Of a DNA stretch of 64,000 nucleotides, positions 11,333 through 24,267 are shown in pieces. The DNA comes from Hemiscyllium ocellatum (Eukaryota). Made by a program: the position numbers and the translations under genes. The stretch covers positions 1,116,001-1,180,000 of the forward strand of contig NW_026867509.1 in the NCBI RefSeq assembly GCF_020745735.1. Reading direction: 5' to 3'. The notes beneath the pieces are model-generated. The model searched no databases and had not been told where the DNA came from. It worked only from the letters and a program-made list of their open reading frames with translations. Each line of letters begins with the position of its first letter. The stretch's first letter is position 1.

Positions 11333-13639
11333 CCGGATTCGATGACGATTGATTCATATCTGACGCAGACACGCTGTGACACACAATCAGCTGACAAAGC
11401 CTCTGTTTTCCTGTCAATGACCACAGAGAGTCAGTCACATGAACACAGAGTGTGAGTTGCAGTGGCTATTTGGCCCTTTAGACTGCTCTGCCATTCAATC
11501 GGACATTTGTGATCTACAGTGCATCCAAGATCTTGCATAATCTAAGATCACAACTCTGTCAACATCATTCTGAAAGAAACCGAAAATGACGGCTCTTTGG
11601 GATACAAAGAAATAACAAGACAGATATCATCTGAAAGCATGGTTCTCTGAAGTGTCAATCTTTGAGTGAGGGTAGTGACGTGCAATAACGAATTTTGTTG
11701 TTGTCTTAATTTCGGAGTCCGTCTTACAATGAGTTGTGCCATGAATAAAACATACAACAGCTGTAAAGAAGGATTTTGTACAGAACGCAACATAGAAAGA
11801 AATCGTTGGAAAAAGTGGCTTTTGTAAGTTTTGACCATGTTAGCAATTCATAACGCAGGTCAGAATCTGTGAATGGGTAGAGGTAAGAGTTGTTTATTGT
11901 TTGACTGCACCTCTACAACAGCATGGGCAGCAGTGTGCAGTCATAGGCGGGAGAGTCAGAGACAAGAACTGAAAGGAACTCTTTGTTTGTCTTCGTCCAA
12001 ATTAGAGAAAGCTGCTCAGAAAACTCTGGAGACTTATCTCCCTTCCCCCTTTAGATCTCAAATATCTCAAGAGTTTCCCTGGAATACTGGATGGATTCGA
12101 GGATTCTGTTGTGTAGCTACAGTTCAGTGTTAGAGTCTGTCCTTCATGAAGTTAAACTGAAACGGATCCTGGAAAACTGAATCATGGATAACAAATGGAT
12201 CAAAAAGATGTGTGCAGCAAAAAGCAATGAAACATCTAATGACGGTTTCAGCTCAGACGCACCGAGCAGCATAGCCACGAGTATCAGCGTATAACACAGA
12301 GTATACATGGTTCGTAGTTCAACAGCAAATAATACGCTGTGTAAAACGATGGCTTTTATAGTCTTATATCAGCGACTGATCGCAGATCAAAAGGGGGCTT
12401 TACTTACTGAAAAACTCGGGTGGCATGACTTCCAGTTGCAATTGGCTGGTTCTTCAGTCACTATTCATTAGGAATAAATATGGTTGGCTGTCTCAATCTA
12501 TTCCTTGGTTGTTTGAGTCTTCCTCACCATTTGCTCTACCTCACATTTTCAGAGATTCCGTCTCGTTCACGCTTTATCTAGCCACTATGAATTGGATGGC
12601 ATTGTACTGAGGGAAACAGAACCTCAAAGAATTATGACTCTCAAAGAAAATAAGTCCTCCCTCAAATCTCTAAAGACTGGGACTGTCTTTTTCATTACTC
12701 TGCCCCCTCCGTTTTAGATTCCTCAACAAGAATATAATTCCTCTCTTTATCTGCTGTATCGATCCCCTTCAGTATCTTATATGCTGTCTGAGTGGTGCCA
12801 GATTTTAATACGTCATCTAAGGGAGAGGAATATGAATTGTGACGGAGAGGATCTCCAAGGAGAGTATCCCATCCTTGCACTCATGTACAAATGGCGCAGG
12901 TGGATAAACGGCAGAGGTTCTTTGAAATCTGTAAGAAGTATGAAATTATGAAGCTGAATGTCAAAGTTCGTGTTGACCATGTGGAATAGAAAAAGTTATG
13001 TTAGAAAAATGAATGATTTTCTGAATGATTGCTGAAGGAGAAGTCATGCAGCGGCATTGGTACTGGTGAATGTGGTATTTGCAAACATGAGGCCACAATA
13101 AGCTGTGTGGTGCTGGTAGCTTTGTTGATGTGAATTTACGAAACTAGGAAGGTCGCAAAGATTTGAAACTAAATGTTGCAGGATAATTAATGAAATTTCG
13201 GAGAGTGCAGTAAATTAAAGAGTGGAAGAGTGTGACAAAATTACAACTTGGTCGTGACATAAGGGTAAAGAGAGCACAAATCTCAGAGGAAATTAAGAGA
13301 AATGACTGGAGGATAAACAAAAAGCTATACCTTGTTAAGTGCCTCTAGAACTGAATGCCCAATACACTTGCAACAAAATAGGTAAACAGCAAGTTCAAAT
13401 CGAAATGAGTAGCACAAACTAGCAGCCATTGTAAAGTTATTTACACTGAACAAAAAACAATTCGCCAATCCAATATTCCTGTTGTCAATGAGCCAAAATG
13501 TGAATTATGGAGTATGTGTGGATGTGGACTACATCAGAACAAGGGTGAGTATTTGTGTTCAACGTTTATTTTAGTGTGTCATCAATTTCTATTTCAACAG
13601 TCCCACAAAAAGTTTTGGTGTTGTACTTCATAGAATAAC

Positions 13640-13960
13640 TAAAGTATGGAAACAGGCCCTTCAATTTCACAAGTCCATGTTGACCCTCCAAAGAGTAATG
13701 CACCGAGACGCATTGCCCAAGCCTATTATCACCCTTTGACTACTGCATCATACCTACACATCCCTGAACCTTATGGGCAATTTGTCATGGCTAGTGCACC
13801 TAACCTTCACATCTTTAGATTGTGGCAGGAAACCAGGACAGTCAAGGGAAACACACGCAGACACGTCTGGAATGTGCAAACTCCACACAGCCAGTCACCC
13901 AAGGTTGGAATTAAACCCCAGGTCCCTGGCCCTGAGAGCCACCGGGCCACCACTACTTCC
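13640..13960 (-). mobile_element. Diverged HE1-like SINE
   Basis: ggaaacaggccctt...gggaaacacacgcagacacg...tgtgcaaactccacacagcc...ggaattaaaccccaggtccctgg; same family as 62284-62598. Confidence 0.75.
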
Positions 13961-14566
13961 TATTGCTCCAGTAACCAGATATAAAAGTCACATCAACAAT
14001 CAGAGTTAGCTTAAACTAGCTTAATACTACATCAGTTCGTATTTCCTTTGATTGTCTGTGCCAGTTTAAAAAAAGCCCGAATAGCCATATCACCATACTC
14101 AGCAATGAGCAAATATAACTGAGTTAATGTTTTTAGCACTAAATTGGATTGACTGAGCATCATACAGCGGATGCTGTGTTAATCAACATTTGCAACGATA
14201 CCTGTATTAGGAAATGTTCAACTGAGCATGCGGTGTGGATTAATTAGCATTAACTTTAGAGTTGGCAACTAGACACATCTGGATAGTTTCAACAATAGCT
14301 TGGGTCAGGCAATGGTTGGTGACTTAAGCCCACTTTGTAAGAGAAATCCTTGTTTTTATCCCTCATAAACAACTTGGTGGTGATTGTGCAATCCTGAGCT
14401 GAAAATAGTGTGGACATTTTCAGTGCCTTCTCTAGTACCTCGTGACGAGAGCAGTGTCAGGTTTCCTTGTTATGATCATAGCAGTCATCCACGACCGGGT
14501 CACCCGCCTCTACTTTAGGTATAGTCTGCTTTCTACCACCGCTGTGTATAGATTCAGAACTGTGCT

Positions 14567-14800
14567 AGTTTTTGTTGCTCATGTTGTTCAGTGTGACTGA
14601 AAGTGTCATTCATCATGGGCTGCTTTCTGACCATCTGCTGTAAAATCTGAAGATCAGATATTACACTGAGAAAACTGAATTGCTGTTCATATGAATAGTC
14701 TGTGCTTTGGACCAGTTCTTTCCATTTCATCCACCAGCCACTAAACTTGTTAGATGGAGTACCCTGGTTCTGCGACATCAAATCGACTTTCCATAGGTTA
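14567..14800 (-). pseudogene. RSS-like element with 13-bp spacer (CACACTG-13-ACAAAAACT) flanked by a probable highly decayed V relic; J relic on the plus strand is an alternative
   Basis: Heptamer 14595-14589, nonamer 14575-14567. The minus frame has QNQGTP about 175 nt upstream of the heptamer, and VISDLQ. Confidence 0.4.
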
Positions 14801-15309
14801 CCTGTCTGGCAGGTCTATGACTGGCTGGACCATTTATTAAACTCATGTCTGCCATTCACCTTCATTTTCCTACTCAATGCCCTGACTGTAGCATGTAATC
14901 TAGTGGCTAGCTGAGCCCGTAAGTGATTCTGGGTTATTGAGATTGGCAGACACCCAGTGATGCCCAACTGCAAGACATTCGTTGTTCCTTCCAATCTCTC
15001 TCAGCTTGCTCTGCCGGTGGATCACGCATGCTGGGTTTCCCTCTGCGTCCAATTTACAGGTAAGGTTTATTTCACCAGCCTGCATATCACCGACTCACAA
15101 TGCATCTTTCAAAAGAAGACCAGCATGCGCCAATTGCTCTGTTCTTACAACAATTTCTTCATTTTGACAGTTGCCCAGTCCAATTCAGAAAGGAGCTGCA
15201 GAAAATGTTAACTTTTCCCTTTGCCTGGATCATTGGTTGCATTAAACAGTGAGAAAAAGGAACACAAAGATTGGAATGACTGATTGATCAGCATCCTCCC
15301 CCTCTTTTT

Positions 15310-15650
15310 ACCTGGTGTCAGATGTAGTGCGTTCACTGAGTCAGAATTGTGATGCTCACAGACCAGCGTCCACACTTACCTGTTGCAAATGCTAAAGGAA
15401 TGATAAGCTATCAGATGCGGCGTCTTTCTGAATGAGATGCTAAACCACTGAGTGTTTTCAATCTCTGATTTGCAGTGTGTAACACTTCCCTGCTGGTATT
15501 CTAGAAAAAAAACAGTTTATCCCTGTCGCCCTTCACCAACATTTGTCCATCATATGTTAGAACTGAAAACAGATTGCTGCTCGATTTTCTTTTGTGGAAT
15601 CACACTTTGCTCACCATTGATTTTGTATTTCCAACATTACAAATAAAAAA
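15310..15650 (+). mobile_element. Ancient SINE relic (LF-SINE-like)
   Basis: gatgcggcgtctttctgaatgagatgctaaacc...aacagatt...tttccaacattac resembles my recollection of old vertebrate SINE consensus. Not verified. Confidence 0.3.
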
Positions 15651-17719
15651 ATACTTAATTGTGACTAAAATGGTTTGGATATCCTTGGGTTCATAAAAGA
15701 TGCTGCATCAATTACTTTGTTTGTTTGTTTCATTCTTTCTTTCATGTTGTTGAAGCTAATGGGAAGAAGACTTAATGCAACATGTTGTGAGGCCGCCCAG
15801 AACACACGACAACGAGAGTATCAAAGATAATAACATTGACATTGAGAAGGAAATTATATTTTACTGACACCTATAAAAATAGACCACATGTATTAGTTCC
15901 TCTGAGAGCAAAGGCAAAACGATGTAAGGAATTAAAGGAATATTTCAAGAAATTTTAATAGAGAGGATGTTGGAGAAGCCTAGTGCGTCAGAAAAAACAC
16001 ATGGCAAGAAAGAAACAGAGTTAATGTTTCTGGCCCAGAATGAGGCTTCTTCAGAACGATATCCTCATTGTTTCAATTCCATTTACAGACACAAGAAAGA
16101 CCTGCTTGATGTTTCTTGGGTTTCATCAAATTGTGGGACTCAGCATTGACCTATGACGGCTGAAAATGCAGAAAAATGTTCTTACCTTCTTTCTCCCCCA
16201 ACTTCTGACAATACTCAAAAATCATCATTTTATATTTCCCTTCAGTTCTGACGAATGGTCAGATTGGACAACATGTTGAGATGAATTAACATCAATGACA
16301 TCTAAAGGGAAATCAGGACTGTAAATAGAGTATAGCCTTGCCTGTGTGCTCTTGATTTAGTATTTATGACAGAAGGTTATTTATTTAGAACAAATGAGTT
16401 TGACACTTTGAAATGACTCTGGTCAATGTGGTGCGGACGAAGTGCCTGGAATTAAACTTTGAGCATCTCAAGGCAATGTGTGAATGCAGGCTTGTCTATT
16501 TAGATATGTACAGATGGAAGAAACTCTGTTGGATTCTTAGTTCCACTGCACTCCCGCTCCAACTAATGACAGCAGTGCAATAGCGGCCACAATTTTCCCA
16601 ACAGACAAAATGACAACAACTCACGGATGCTGTGGCCACGAATAATGCAGACACAAAGGTCAATGAATTGTGTGGTAGCTGTCAGTTGTGAATAGAACAG
16701 ATGGAGCAGAAAGAATGAGGTTTGAATCTCGAGGTTTGTGACTACCATGCACCTACTCACTCTTCAAATGACGAAAAACATGGAATTTGAAGAGGTATGA
16801 GTGTGAGAGAGAAGGATTTGAAAGGGACAAGAGGTCAACCTTTCAATGCAAGGGAGGTTGCATGTAATAAAAAGTGCTGGCAGAGGTAGTAGTGGAGGCG
16901 AGTACCATTACTGCATTTAAAAGACGTGCAGATAAATACATGAATAGGAAGTATTCAAAGGGATATGGGACAAATTCTGGCAAACGGGTCAAGATCAATT
17001 TAAAATATCTGGTCAGTATGTACGAATTGGATGGAAGGATCTGTTTCTGCGCTGGATAACGCTCTGATTCAGGATCATCCAATCTTCTACATGGACTGAG
17101 AACCTTTGATCTTTTCCAGCTGAAAGCCTTCGAAAGCGGTGCCCAATTCTTCTTTCACCTTATGCAGCTTCTCAACGTGCACTTCGCTGCCACATATACC
17201 CTCAAACACGTTTCTGCTTATACTTCTGGTTGGATTGGAGAGTAAATACGGACCTGTGTAGATTTATATTGAATTTAAATGAAATCAACTCAGTCTAGAC
17301 AGATACTTAATTTCTAATGGAACTTTGTGAACGAAGCGATCAGACGTGAGCAGATTATGAACAGATCTATTAATGGATATTTGCATACAATCATAACAAA
17401 AGACACAGATTTAGATAATTTCCATTTTACCACGCAGTTTTTAGTTTCTCTACCATCGCAGGTATAATATGTGCAGAAAGATTAACTCACTCTCCAGTGA
17501 TAGTAACTGTAAAGAGAGAGTTCGGCGAACTTATAATGTGAATGTACCATCCTGCATATCGGCAGCAAGCAGTAATAGGGAAAGACAACGGAATAGCCTC
17601 CAACCTAGAGTGTTAATAAAGTAGAAATATGAAAACCAGAATTTCAAGACAAGACATGTACAAAAGCTGGTTATCGCAATGTAAGTAACCTGAATGTGGA
17701 AGACTAGGCAGTCCATTAC

Positions 17720-19335
17720 TGGGCAGTGAGGCCCAGAATCATGTAGATCTCAAGACGCGAAACAAAAAACCTCATGAGTGGTGGCATCTATCTACATTAT
17801 TGTTTTAATCAGCAGGCTTTTGTGATGCCTACACTGGTTGAAACGCCAATGGAGATGCAAGCAACTGAAGACATGGAGAATGTTTACCCAGGAATTTTCC
17901 CCTATTGTGTGATCACAAGATCACAGAGGCACAAGCTGATGCAGGTTGGATCAAAAGGCACAAATATGGAAACAGACATAGTGTTATCCGAGACCATTTC
18001 TAATCAGAAAAATGGCAGAGAAGCAGCAAACAACTAAACATGCAAGTAACTTTAGCTCTGTTAAGCTAATTGAATTACAGCAGAATGATGAGAACTTAAA
18101 ACAGTTGTATCAAATGTCATTTACAGAGAAGGAAAGTGAATGCATCCCTGTGTGCTACTATTTTACAGATGATGCCTTAACGAAGAAATGGAGACCACCA
18201 CAAAGCCAAGCAGATGAGAAATGGGCATAGGTGCACCAATTTCTTTTGCCAGTAGGGTAAAAAAAAAGGAGGTGCTGCAAGTGTCACATGAGCTACCACT
18301 TGGAGGTCATTTAGTGGCGAAGAAACCACAGGCTAAAATACAATGACATTTCGACTGACCACGACTACACAAAGCTGCAGTTGAATTTTGCCAGATGTGT
18401 CATACATGCTAAAAACAATGATGCAGATGCTGGAAACCAGATTCTGGATTAGTAGTGATGGAAGAGCACAGCAGTTCAGGCAGCATTCGAGGAGCAGTAA
18501 AATCGACATTTCGGGCAAAAGCCCTGCATCAGGAATAAAGCACCATTCTTCCAGCACCACTAATCCAGATGTGTCATACATGTCAACTAATCTGAAAACC
18601 ACAGGCAGTAATAAAACCTATACCTTCAATACCTATTCCAACATTTGACGAACGTTTCACAACAAACTTGAGTGATTGTGTAGGTCAGCTACCTCAAACA
18701 AAAAGTGGAAATAAGTAGTTATTAACAATACTGAATGTATCAACTAGATTTCCAGAGGTAATACCACTATGCAACATCACTGAAAATAGGGGTGTAGAAC
18801 AACTAATTAATTTTTTTAACTAGATACAGACTGCCAATAGGCATTCAGTGAGATCAAGGATCAAACTTCACATCCGGACTATTCAAGGAGGTTATGGATA
18901 ACTTGGGAATGAAGGTATTCCAATCTACTCTGTACCATCCAGAATGGCAGGGAGCGCTAGAGGGAAGGCATTCAACACTATAAACCATGTTGCAGGCTTA
19001 TGGTCAGGATTATCCAGATGATTAGGATAAGGGAGTTCTATTTGTACTTTTTGTGGTAAGAGCTGCGCGGGTGAATTGTTCCAATTTGGTCCATTTGAAA
19101 TAAATTTCTGGTATGAAGTAAGAGGTTAAAATTGATTAAGGAGAAATTAATAAGTCAGAATATAGAGACCACCCATTTGCCCAATGTGACAAATATTAGA
19201 GAACGATTAAATTGAGCTGGGGCGTTGGCTAGACAGCATTTAAAAATATCACAGCATACATTGAAACAAGAAGCGAATAAGAAATAGTAAATTTGTAATT
19301 TTGCAATTGGGGATAATGTGTTGGTGCTACTTCCA
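17720..19335 (+). mobile_element. Decayed Gypsy LTR retrotransposon (Gmr1-type), post-protease linker to integrase; interrupted by a Penelope tail at about 18425-18560
   Basis: YPGIFPYCVITRSQ linker, LIELQQNDENLKQLY, an integrase Zn-finger region (SHELPLGGHL...FCQMCHTC) and terminal FAIGDNVLVLLP. Many frameshifts. Confidence 0.8.
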
Positions 19336-19337
19336 GA

Positions 19338-19410
19338 TGTAAAGAGGAATCCTGATTTTCTTGAACGATTCTCTTTCACATTTACTAAATCCACGAAGAA
19401 TATCGATTTA
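19338..19410 (+). pseudogene. Fragment (FR3) of a V segment of the 23.7-kb family
   Basis: KRNPDFLERFSFTFTKSTKNIDLT matches KKNPDVPERFAFKFTKSTKYAELT of the 23.7-kb V. No RSS follows. Confidence 0.8.
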
Positions 19411-20397
19411 ACTGATTCACAGCGACTGGAATCTCAGAAATGCTGCACAATGAGAAAATGGAAAAAAAGTAACAAAATTAACAATAGTTGGTATTGAATA
19501 GTAGGTTTATGTGCATCGTTTTCGTGACAATTGGATTGTGTAACTCTTAATAAAATGTGATTAACGTTAAAGGAAAGGCCAGTTTCCTCATATTTCATTG
19601 ATGTATGCTTATTTTGACTTTTAATATCTGTAGGAAGAAACAAAAGGACACTGTAAATTTGAAACGTTTTCAAATTACATGAAATGTGGAGTTAAGCACT
19701 TGTCACAGAGCTACGTTTAGAGCCAGGAGAAAACTATTAAGTGTCAACATCTAGTAAAACGCCCTCTTCAAGTTTCACTTAGAGCCATTTTCTGGTCATT
19801 TCTATCTGTTTGTCTTTCAGTACCAAATGTTTTACTTTAACAACTGCTGTCTGTCTGTAATATCACTCTGACTCCAGATATCATGTTCAATATTTACCAC
19901 AGACACGCACCACCCTCTAGTGGAATTCTCTGGAAATTGAAAGTAAATTTTTCTCACCAGAATGTCAAGGTGCCAATGATGTACTGTGGTGGACAGAATT
20001 AAAATCATACAATACCAACTTATAACCTAACAGGTTTATTTGAAAGTACAAGCTTTGGGAGCACTGCCTCTTCGTCAGATAACTAGTCATATCAGTTGTA
20101 TGACAATTTGATCTTCTATTGTAAATTCTGTACCCCATGATCCAGTCCACGAGTTACCGGATGAAGGAGCAGCATAACAATGAAATGCACCTTGTCTAAA
20201 ATCGAGTAGTTACATCAAACTAATTGCATCTGGAACGTAATGCATTCCATTAATCTTGAAATGTAGAACACTTAGAAGGCATATTAATTTCTAAACATAC
20301 CTTGATGGGGTTTGCTCTGGCCCATAACACGGTAATTTGTGCATTTTGTTTGTCTATTAATGTTTTTCCTTCTGTATATGCATATGATTACAGTCCC

Positions 20398-20657
20398 TAC
20401 AGTGTGGAAACATGTCCTTCAGCCCAACACCGACCCTCCGAAGAGTAACCCACCCGGACTAATTTCCCTCTGACTAATGCACTTAACATTATGGGCAATC
20501 TACCTGATGTGCACATCTTTGTACAGTGGGAGGAAACCCACGTAGACACAGGGAGAATGTTCAAACTCCGTGCAGACAGTCATCTGAAGCTGGAACCGAA
20601 CCTGTGACCCAAGGGCTGTGAGGCAGCAGTAATAACCATTGAGCCACCGTGCCACCT
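20398..20657 (-). mobile_element. HE1-like tRNA-derived SINE
   Basis: Minus strand starts ggtggcacggtggctcaatggttattactgctgcctcacagccc, a tRNA-like head. Body matches 62284-62598. Confidence 0.8.
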
Positions 20658-22109
20658 CCAGACCTGTGTTCGTCTGTGTTTTTGTTTTGTCTGTCTGCGG
20701 GTGCGTGCGTGTCTTTGATTATGTTTGCTTTTATCTCTGCACGCAATGGGAGATGCATTTGGCTTGAGGTGGAAGAAATAACAACGTCAAAGCATTGCAC
20801 CATGTTGCTGCCTTCAGATTAAAATAATAGAATGCCAACATCTGCTGGTAAATTGAAGCTGCTGCAAAAACAGCAGATATTTGGGGAAGTGTCACCTTTA
20901 TTCGAAGTTTCCTCGTGCGAATATATTGAAGAGATACTTTGAGGCGTACTGCAGCTAGAGGTCATTGACTGAGCGTGTCAATTTTTAAAAGAGCTATCCA
21001 TTTAAGACAGAGAGAAGGGGCATATTTTTCTTCAGAGGTTCATGAGTGTTTCGAATTCCGTTCCTCAAAAAGGCAGTGACCACGACTTCATAGAAAATAC
21101 TCGTTGATATTGAATGTTTTAATAGTTGATGATACCTCAAATTATGTTCTACGTAACGGAGCATTTCTGAAGTGTAATCGGTATTATTTACCAAATCAGG
21201 AACCTAATTTCTTCATCAGAGATAAAGACACATATACAGAAAAGCGACAAAACCTCCAATAGCAGAAGTTAAAATGATTAGAATGTAGCTGGATGATTGA
21301 AATGCATGCGAAGCTTAAAAGATTTGCTGTTCCTAGAGATATCCCAAAAGTTTAAGGAGTTATGAAAGTTCGCAGTGTTTTGGAACAGACCAGATCTCAT
21401 CTAAACATTTCAAGGAAGTAGCGCAGATTCTAACTTTGCTACTTCTCAGTAGCAGGTGTAACGTGAATATTCTCGTGGGGGTGGGGGGGGGGGGAGCGGG
21501 TGTAGAGCTGGTTAAATCACTTTCCTTTGAATAAAACTGAATTTATTTGCGAGATTACCCAATGAAAAACGAACCAAAGAGAGCAGAAAGCAGAATAACA
21601 TAAACTACCCAAAAAAACCAGCAGGCTATCTCAACTTAATGCTGCTGTTCTCAATAATTGTAAAGTCCCCATACACACCGCTTGATGCAAAAGGTAAACT
21701 CAAACCCAATGTCTTACATGAGAGGTATTAGAGAAAGCTTTCGACATTGACAAAACTTTTGCATCCACCAGCTTCACGATTGCTGACTTCTTTCAGTAAA
21801 TAGTCAGACAGCCTAAAAGCAAACAAACGAAAGAAGAGCTGAGCTGGGAGAACTGGCTACTCCCCTTTCATTGTACGAGTGTTTTTTTTTAAACTTAAAA
21901 GGTTTTTTCCTGAGGCAGTATCTGTTAACTATAATCAAATTGGCCCTAAAACGCATCCAAACACAAACATTTCAGAACTTACATTTTCATGAACTCCTGG
22001 TAAAAAAGGACAACATAACCTTATTATAGGAGAAACATAATCACAAATGAAACTGTTGTGAAATGTTTTTCAGCATAGCCTAAATGAATATCATCTATGC
22101 ATATTACCA

Positions 22110-22190
22110 AGTCATTGTGGTGATTGAGTGGTTAAAGCAATGAGTTTATGACCCAGTGAAGTTGCTCTCAGCACACCAAATTTTATTGCC
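22110..22190 (+). pseudogene. Possible decayed tRNA-Ser-like sequence
   Basis: gtcattgtggtgattgagtggttaaagcaatgag resembles the 5' half of tRNA-Ser; the 3' half is not recognisable. Confidence 0.2.
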
Positions 22191-23747
22191 TTTGTAATTC
22201 TGTATCACTGACTTTAATAATGCACCTGCAGACTCGCTCAGAATATAAAATTAACCTTAGTTTTTCGTTTCCAATCATTCTCAAGGATCTAGAAATTTGT
22301 GGCCTCCAAAGTGAATAGCATCTTAGCCAGATAGGAAGCCTCCTTCCAATCTGAGTGCCTGTCACTACTCAGACTTCTTTCACCCTCGGCAAGTTTTCCT
22401 TTTTGGGTCCCGAAATGGTCCCAATCCCCATTGTAGCAAATGCATACTTTCGCCTGAACGTTCATTGTAAAATCCTAAAAAAAATAACAAAACACCTATG
22501 AATCCAATATGTATCATCTTAGACGGTTACAGCTGGTTACTTTGATTCGGACTGCATGCTTTCTTCCGGCCCAGTGTGGTGTTTTTACCTGTGCTGTGAA
22601 ACCATTATTGATTCTGGCAGAACTGCTTTGTCTCTAAATTTGCTGTTTTAATGCCAGGAATTCACGTTCATTTTAACAGTTTGCACAAAAACAACATATC
22701 ATTGTTTCCTCAATAAGAACTGAAGCTGGGCAACGACAGAGAGAAAGCAATCTTGTATCCTTTCTTAATGACAAAGATCCTTTGGAAGCCCAAAACCCCG
22801 AATCAGTCTCAGTGATTTGATTCGCAATATATAGACAGGAGCCTGACTACCGCTGAAGAACAGAGGAGACAGAAGGAGGGAAAGATTGGGAGTGGACCAA
22901 ACAGATGTGGAGCTGGATTTGGATTGCAGTTCAGAGATCATGAATTTGGTTGACTGACTTGGGGAAATGAAAGATAATCAGACACCTGAATCATGCAAAT
23001 TCTAGAGAAGAACATATTATTGTCCTCCTGTCAACTTAATGTTAATGAAAATTTTGCTGAACTGCTGAGCCCTAATACATTGGGTTGATAGAATCCATCA
23101 TCCCAAATTACTTTCACTTGTTTGGAGTTCAGTAATCTGTGGAACACGATTAGTAGCATTGACAAGAGAAACACACCTTCTTTTACACATTGAATCTTAT
23201 TATAATCTAGAATTTAACATGTAAGTGGATGTTGATTCAATGCTAACTTTCAGAATGTTATTGCAAAGACATGTAGAAAGTAATAGACTTTGCACAGCTG
23301 CAGAACAATAGCTGTGACTGTGAAACTACATACAGGAATGTTTCAAAGAGCAGCTACAGTTATAATTGACGGAATAGCTTCTAACTGTATTTGCAATTAT
23401 GAAATCCTTGATCATTTATGTCCCCCTTCCATATTTGATTGTTAATGATTCTTTGCTTGGGCAGGGTTGTACCAGACTTTTCAACGTTCAACACTTCTGG
23501 ATTCAGTTGTACAGCATTGTCCACCTTCTGTTCTGACACGGCGTAATGAGTTCACACAAAGCTGTGTCTGCTGCAGATCCGCCCTCAGCTTCCGTTTGCT
23601 GCATTGTCTCTGACGCGCCTTTCCTTCTCTGTGATACTACAGAGATCGCAGTCGCCCGTCATTGTTACTCATTGAGGGAAACAGCTTTGATCAGGATCTC
23701 TGACAAAGGGTTTTCCGGACTGCAGAATTACATACTCAGAGTGCACC

Positions 23748-24227
23748 ATGAAGAATATTCTCACTCTACTCCTCATCATTGTATCAATTCTCAGTAAGTG
23801 TTTGTTTCCCAGTAATATTCCATTTCTCCAGACACAGATGTTTGCAACCTACGGGTTAATATTCGGAAAACAATGACGGTAATGGACATAATCTTGAAAA
23901 TTGCTTTTTGTTTTTATTAGAATGGAGTCAGCAAGATACGGTGGAACAGCCAGACTCTGAATTGGAAGTTAAAGAGGAAGGCAATGTCACACTAACCTGC
24001 AGTTTGAAGACAAGCGATCCCAGCCCTTATGTTCACTGGTACAGTCAGCTCCCAGGGCAGCCTCCAAGGTACATGGTTTATATAGCTGGAGAAAGCATTC
24101 TCAAGAAGAATCCAGATGTTCCTGAACGATTCGCTTTCAAATTTACGAAATCTACGAAGTATGCCGAGTTGACAATCAGCATGGCCGTCATCTCTGACTG
24201 TGCCATGTATTTCTGTGCAATGACACT
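23748..24227 (+). CDS. TCR alpha/delta V segment, intact leader plus V exon
   Basis: Leader 23748-23793 MKNILTLLLIIVSIL, GTAAGT...TTATTAG intron. Exon 2 from 23921: WSQQDTVEQPDSELEVKEEGNVTLTCSLKTSDPSPYVHWYSQLPGQPPRY...LTISMAVISDCAMYFCAMTL. Confidence 0.92.
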
Positions 24228-24267
24228 CACACTGATACAGAGTAATGGCACAACCCCTACAAAAACT
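24228..24267 (+). other. RSS with 24-bp spacer (CACACTG-24-ACAAAAACT)
   Basis: Heptamer 24228-24234, spacer 24235-24258, nonamer 24259-24267. Confidence 0.85.

Noticed and set aside
14985-15240. Leader-like exon ending ACAG|gtaagg with a downstream acceptor
   Set aside because: No ATG at the expected distance and the following sequence does not give a V domain or RSS.
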